A stretch of DNA of 64,000 nucleotides from Eledone cirrhosa (Eukaryota), in contig OZ024743.1 of assembly GCA_964016885.1 (NCBI GenBank), positions 220,596,001-220,660,000 on the forward strand, in the 5' to 3' direction. Shown piece by piece: positions 60,397 to 64,000 of the stretch. The position numbers and the translations under genes are program-made. Positions within the stretch are counted from its first letter, which is position 1; the number at the start of each line of letters is the position of its first letter. The notes beneath the pieces were generated by a model. It had not been told where the DNA came from. It worked only from the letters and a program-made list of their open reading frames with translations, and made no database searches.

Positions 60397-61069
60397 TATA
60401 TGTGTATATATATATATATATATATAAAACATCGTAATGATGCTGCAAAATTAAGGAAAAAATGTAGAACAAGCATACTGCGCTCATTAGATTGTTACTA
60501 TCTTATATCGTAACAGGCGCCATTACATGTTAAAATATAGTTGACAATAATATGAAAACACGGTATACTGTGATCAGAAACGATTTCCTAATGATTCTGT
60601 ATTTAATTACGATGTGTAGTGCATGTAGAAATATTCCTGTTGCCGTGAGCTATTGATAGACACCACTTGTCACTCACTTGGATCGAACTCACGAACCGGA
60701 AACAACAAGTCTCTTAGATCATTCACTGTAATATGATCAATTCGTTATCGAGCTTTTATGTTTTGATCGATAACAATGAAAACGTAGAAACATATTTCTG
60801 AAACATCTTTGTTGTTTGGAACAAAGAATATAGATAAAATATTTGCCTAAACCAATATTTTCACCAAAGAACACAATCAAACACACACATACACATACAC
60901 ACACACACACACAAACATGCCCACGCCCACACACACACTCTCTCATTCTCTCACACATACACACACACACATGCCCACGCCCCCACACATACACACACAC
61001 ACACTCTCTCTCATTCTCTCACACATACATAAACACACACTGGCACACACATACAGGCACACACACAAA

Positions 61070-61760
61070 CACACTCACATATAGGCTTTCATACATAGAG
61101 ACGTAAAGAATACTATATATATAAACACCCATATGTCCCCCCACACACGCACGCACGCACACACAATCATACACTCACTCTCTCTCCCTCACATACGCAC
61201 ACTCACATAATCGCACACACGCATACACACACACATACACACGCATACACACACACACACTCACATACACGCTTTCATACATAGAGACGTAAAGAATACC
61301 ATATATATATACACACATAATCTCTCTTTTTCCCTCACACACGCACACTCACACAATCACACACACACACACACACACACGCATACACACACACACACAT
61401 GCATACACACACACTCACATACACGCTTCAATACATAGAGACGTAAAGAATACCATATATATACACACATATGCCCCCCACACACACACATGCACACACA
61501 GACACACACCCTCTGTCTTTCTCCCGCGCACTCACACAATCACACACACACACACACATACACACACTCACATACACGCTTTCATACATAGAGACGTAAA
61601 TAATACCAGATATACACGCAAATATGCCCACATACACACACACTCTCCCTCTCTTTCACTCTCACAAACACACACACAGACACTCACACACTCACACACA
61701 TATTCACATACACACATTCATACATAGAGCTGTAAAGAATATCATATATATATATAGACA
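61070..61760. repeat. Compound minisatellite: five units with core TTCATACATAGAGACGTAAAGAATACCATAT in (CA)-rich spacers
   Basis: Core at ~61085, 61271, 61425, 61578 and 61716. Confidence 0.85.
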
Positions 61761-61842
61761 CACATATCCCCCCTCTCCCACACACATACGTCCATACTCA
61801 CACAAACAACTTTCACTTATCACATACATATATACATATATA

Positions 61843-62750
61843 CATGGTGGCTGCCAACTCGTTTTCGAGTACGGCCACTACTTTATATCCATGTAGGAGA
61901 ACCCCTACCGATGCGCTGAACGAGTGTGGCTTTTTAGTCCAGCCAGCGACTTGAAAACTCTGGTACAAACACTACACTTGTGACAATTATTGACACACAG
62001 TGCTGGGCCCATGGTACCATGTGACGACAAGTGCAGAGAGATCTCCAGATATAAAGCAATGCCTGTGCCGTGAAGCTTTTATAGTGAGCAAAGGTACTGC
62101 ACAAAGCCAGTCCCACTCTCTTAACCAAGATGATATTTACCAAAAAGAAGAACAAGTCAACATCATTGGATACCATCAGGGTTGCAGGTGTTATATCAGT
62201 TTTCCTTCTCCTAGAATTCTGCCTTGACAAAGGCTAAGGGGTCATCTCTCCCGGTGATTTTGGATGGCCATTGACTCTTAAGAGCTCCTTTGCCCTTTGA
62301 CAGGTTTTGTTTTTAGTCCTGCAGGATGTCCAAAGTCACCCTCCTCACCAAGGTGACTTTACATACATACATACATATATGGTGGCTGCCAACTCGTTTT
62401 CGAGTACGGCCACTACTTTATATCCATGTAGGAGAACCCCTACCAATGCGCTGAACGAGTGTGACTTTTTAGTCCAGCCAGCGACTTGAAAACTCTGGTA
62501 CAAACACTACACTTGTGACAATTATTGACACATAGTGCTGGGCCCATGGTACCATGTGACAAGTGCAGAGAGATATCCAGATATAAATCAATGCCTGTGC
62601 TGTGAAGCTTTTATAGTGAGCAAAGGCACTGCACAAAGCCAGTCCCACTCTCTTAACCAAGATGATATTTACCAAAAAGAAGAACAATTCAACATCATTG
62701 GATACCATCAGGGTTGCAGGTGTTATATCAGAGTTTTCCTTCTCCTAGAA
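61843..62750 (-). mobile_element. Two tandem 5'-truncated copies of the ~600-bp element (61843-62352 and 62379-62750) embedded in (CATA)n
   Basis: Reverse complement of parts of 56260-56774; both retain the 3' end. Confidence 0.85.
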
Positions 62751-62945
62751 TACATACATACATACATACATACATACATACATACATACATAGATACATA
62801 CACACATATATACATATATACATACATACATACATACATATATACATATAAACACAATAACGTGTAAGCAGATATCCGTTGATGTGTGGGCGAAATAAAG
62901 CGTACAGGAGAATATTGTACTCTAAGGAATACTCATATACAAACA

Positions 62946-62993
<48 letters not shown>

Positions 62994-63068
62994 CACATAC
63001 GCACACACATATATATAGATATATATATTTATATGCAATCACATACACACACCGCTCACATATACATG

Positions 63069-63146
<78 letters not shown>

Positions 63147-63694
63147 CATGTATATATACATATGCATATATATCCATATATATATATATATATATAAATA
63201 CATATATATATACACACGCACGCACACACGCACCCCATATATATATATATATACATATATATATGTACATATACACATATATGTGTGAAAGTATGTGTTT
63301 ATGCCTGTGTGTATGTGCGCATATATATTCGTTTGTGCGTGGGTAAACATCGAAGAGTGTGTATTAGTAACGAACGTAGGTGTAGGTATTCGTGTTTGTG
63401 ATTTTATGCGTTTAGATCACATTCAAAATGTAATATTTATAGTCTAGGAAAGCCTTTGATAAGTTTGTGACTGCAGAGGCGTTGTACTATAAACATTAAC
63501 TGTAAATCTGTATCTATAAAGTGGAACAGCAGTAATAATATGCAATCTGTATTGATAGCTTCAGCAGAAGGTCATTTCTCCAGCTCTATGCTATAATTTC
63601 CCCCGGTGATTATCTGTCCAGGCGTATGTTTAGACTATTTAGTTTTTGAAAACAAGGTCAAAGCCTTAATGTCACTTATTTTCACTATTCACTA

Positions 63695-63733
<39 letters not shown>

Positions 63734-63785
63734 CATGCACGTGTATATATATATATATATGTATATGCATATGTATGTATATATT

Positions 63786-63850
<65 letters not shown>

Positions 63851-63969
63851 CAAATTTATACGGGAACAAAACAGAGAGACAGACAAATATATATATATAA
63901 TTGGTGTTGGATGCTTAAAGCGTCCATATGCGTTAGGCCGTATGAGCACTCGATGCTATATGTACATAT

Positions 63970-64000
<31 letters not shown>

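Noticed and set aside
61070-61760. CRISPR-like repeat/spacer appearance
   Set aside because: Eukaryotic context, spacers long, mutually similar and low-complexity, no cas genes

Overview
Repeat-saturated, AT-rich animal genomic DNA. The SINE families and extreme (TA)n/(TATG)n/(GA)n density resemble a coleoid cephalopod (Octopus-like), which is an inference. Protein-coding content is almost all transposon-derived: a near-full-length but disrupted L1/Tx1-clade LINE (12.2-18.0 kb), a frameshifted hAT (GTF2IRD2/SPIN/Charlie-type) transposase (19.3-21.5 kb), R4/Dong-clade LINE fragments, an RTE 3' fragment and a second Tx1 3' fragment. One probable host exon lies on the minus strand at 46.9-47.1 kb. 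Most other ORF-track entries are microsatellite translations. The most notable hidden structure is a set of at least five unrelated short families sitting in (TA)n tracts. They carry minimal hammerhead-ribozyme (HHR) cores, several with palindromic loop 3, usually as fold-back inverted repeats, and most share an ATTGAGTRCT-like motif downstream. I interpret them as Penelope-like retroelement (PLE) terminal remnants. Different retroelement classes appear to partition among microsatellite types: (TA)n, (TATG)n and (CTAT)n.
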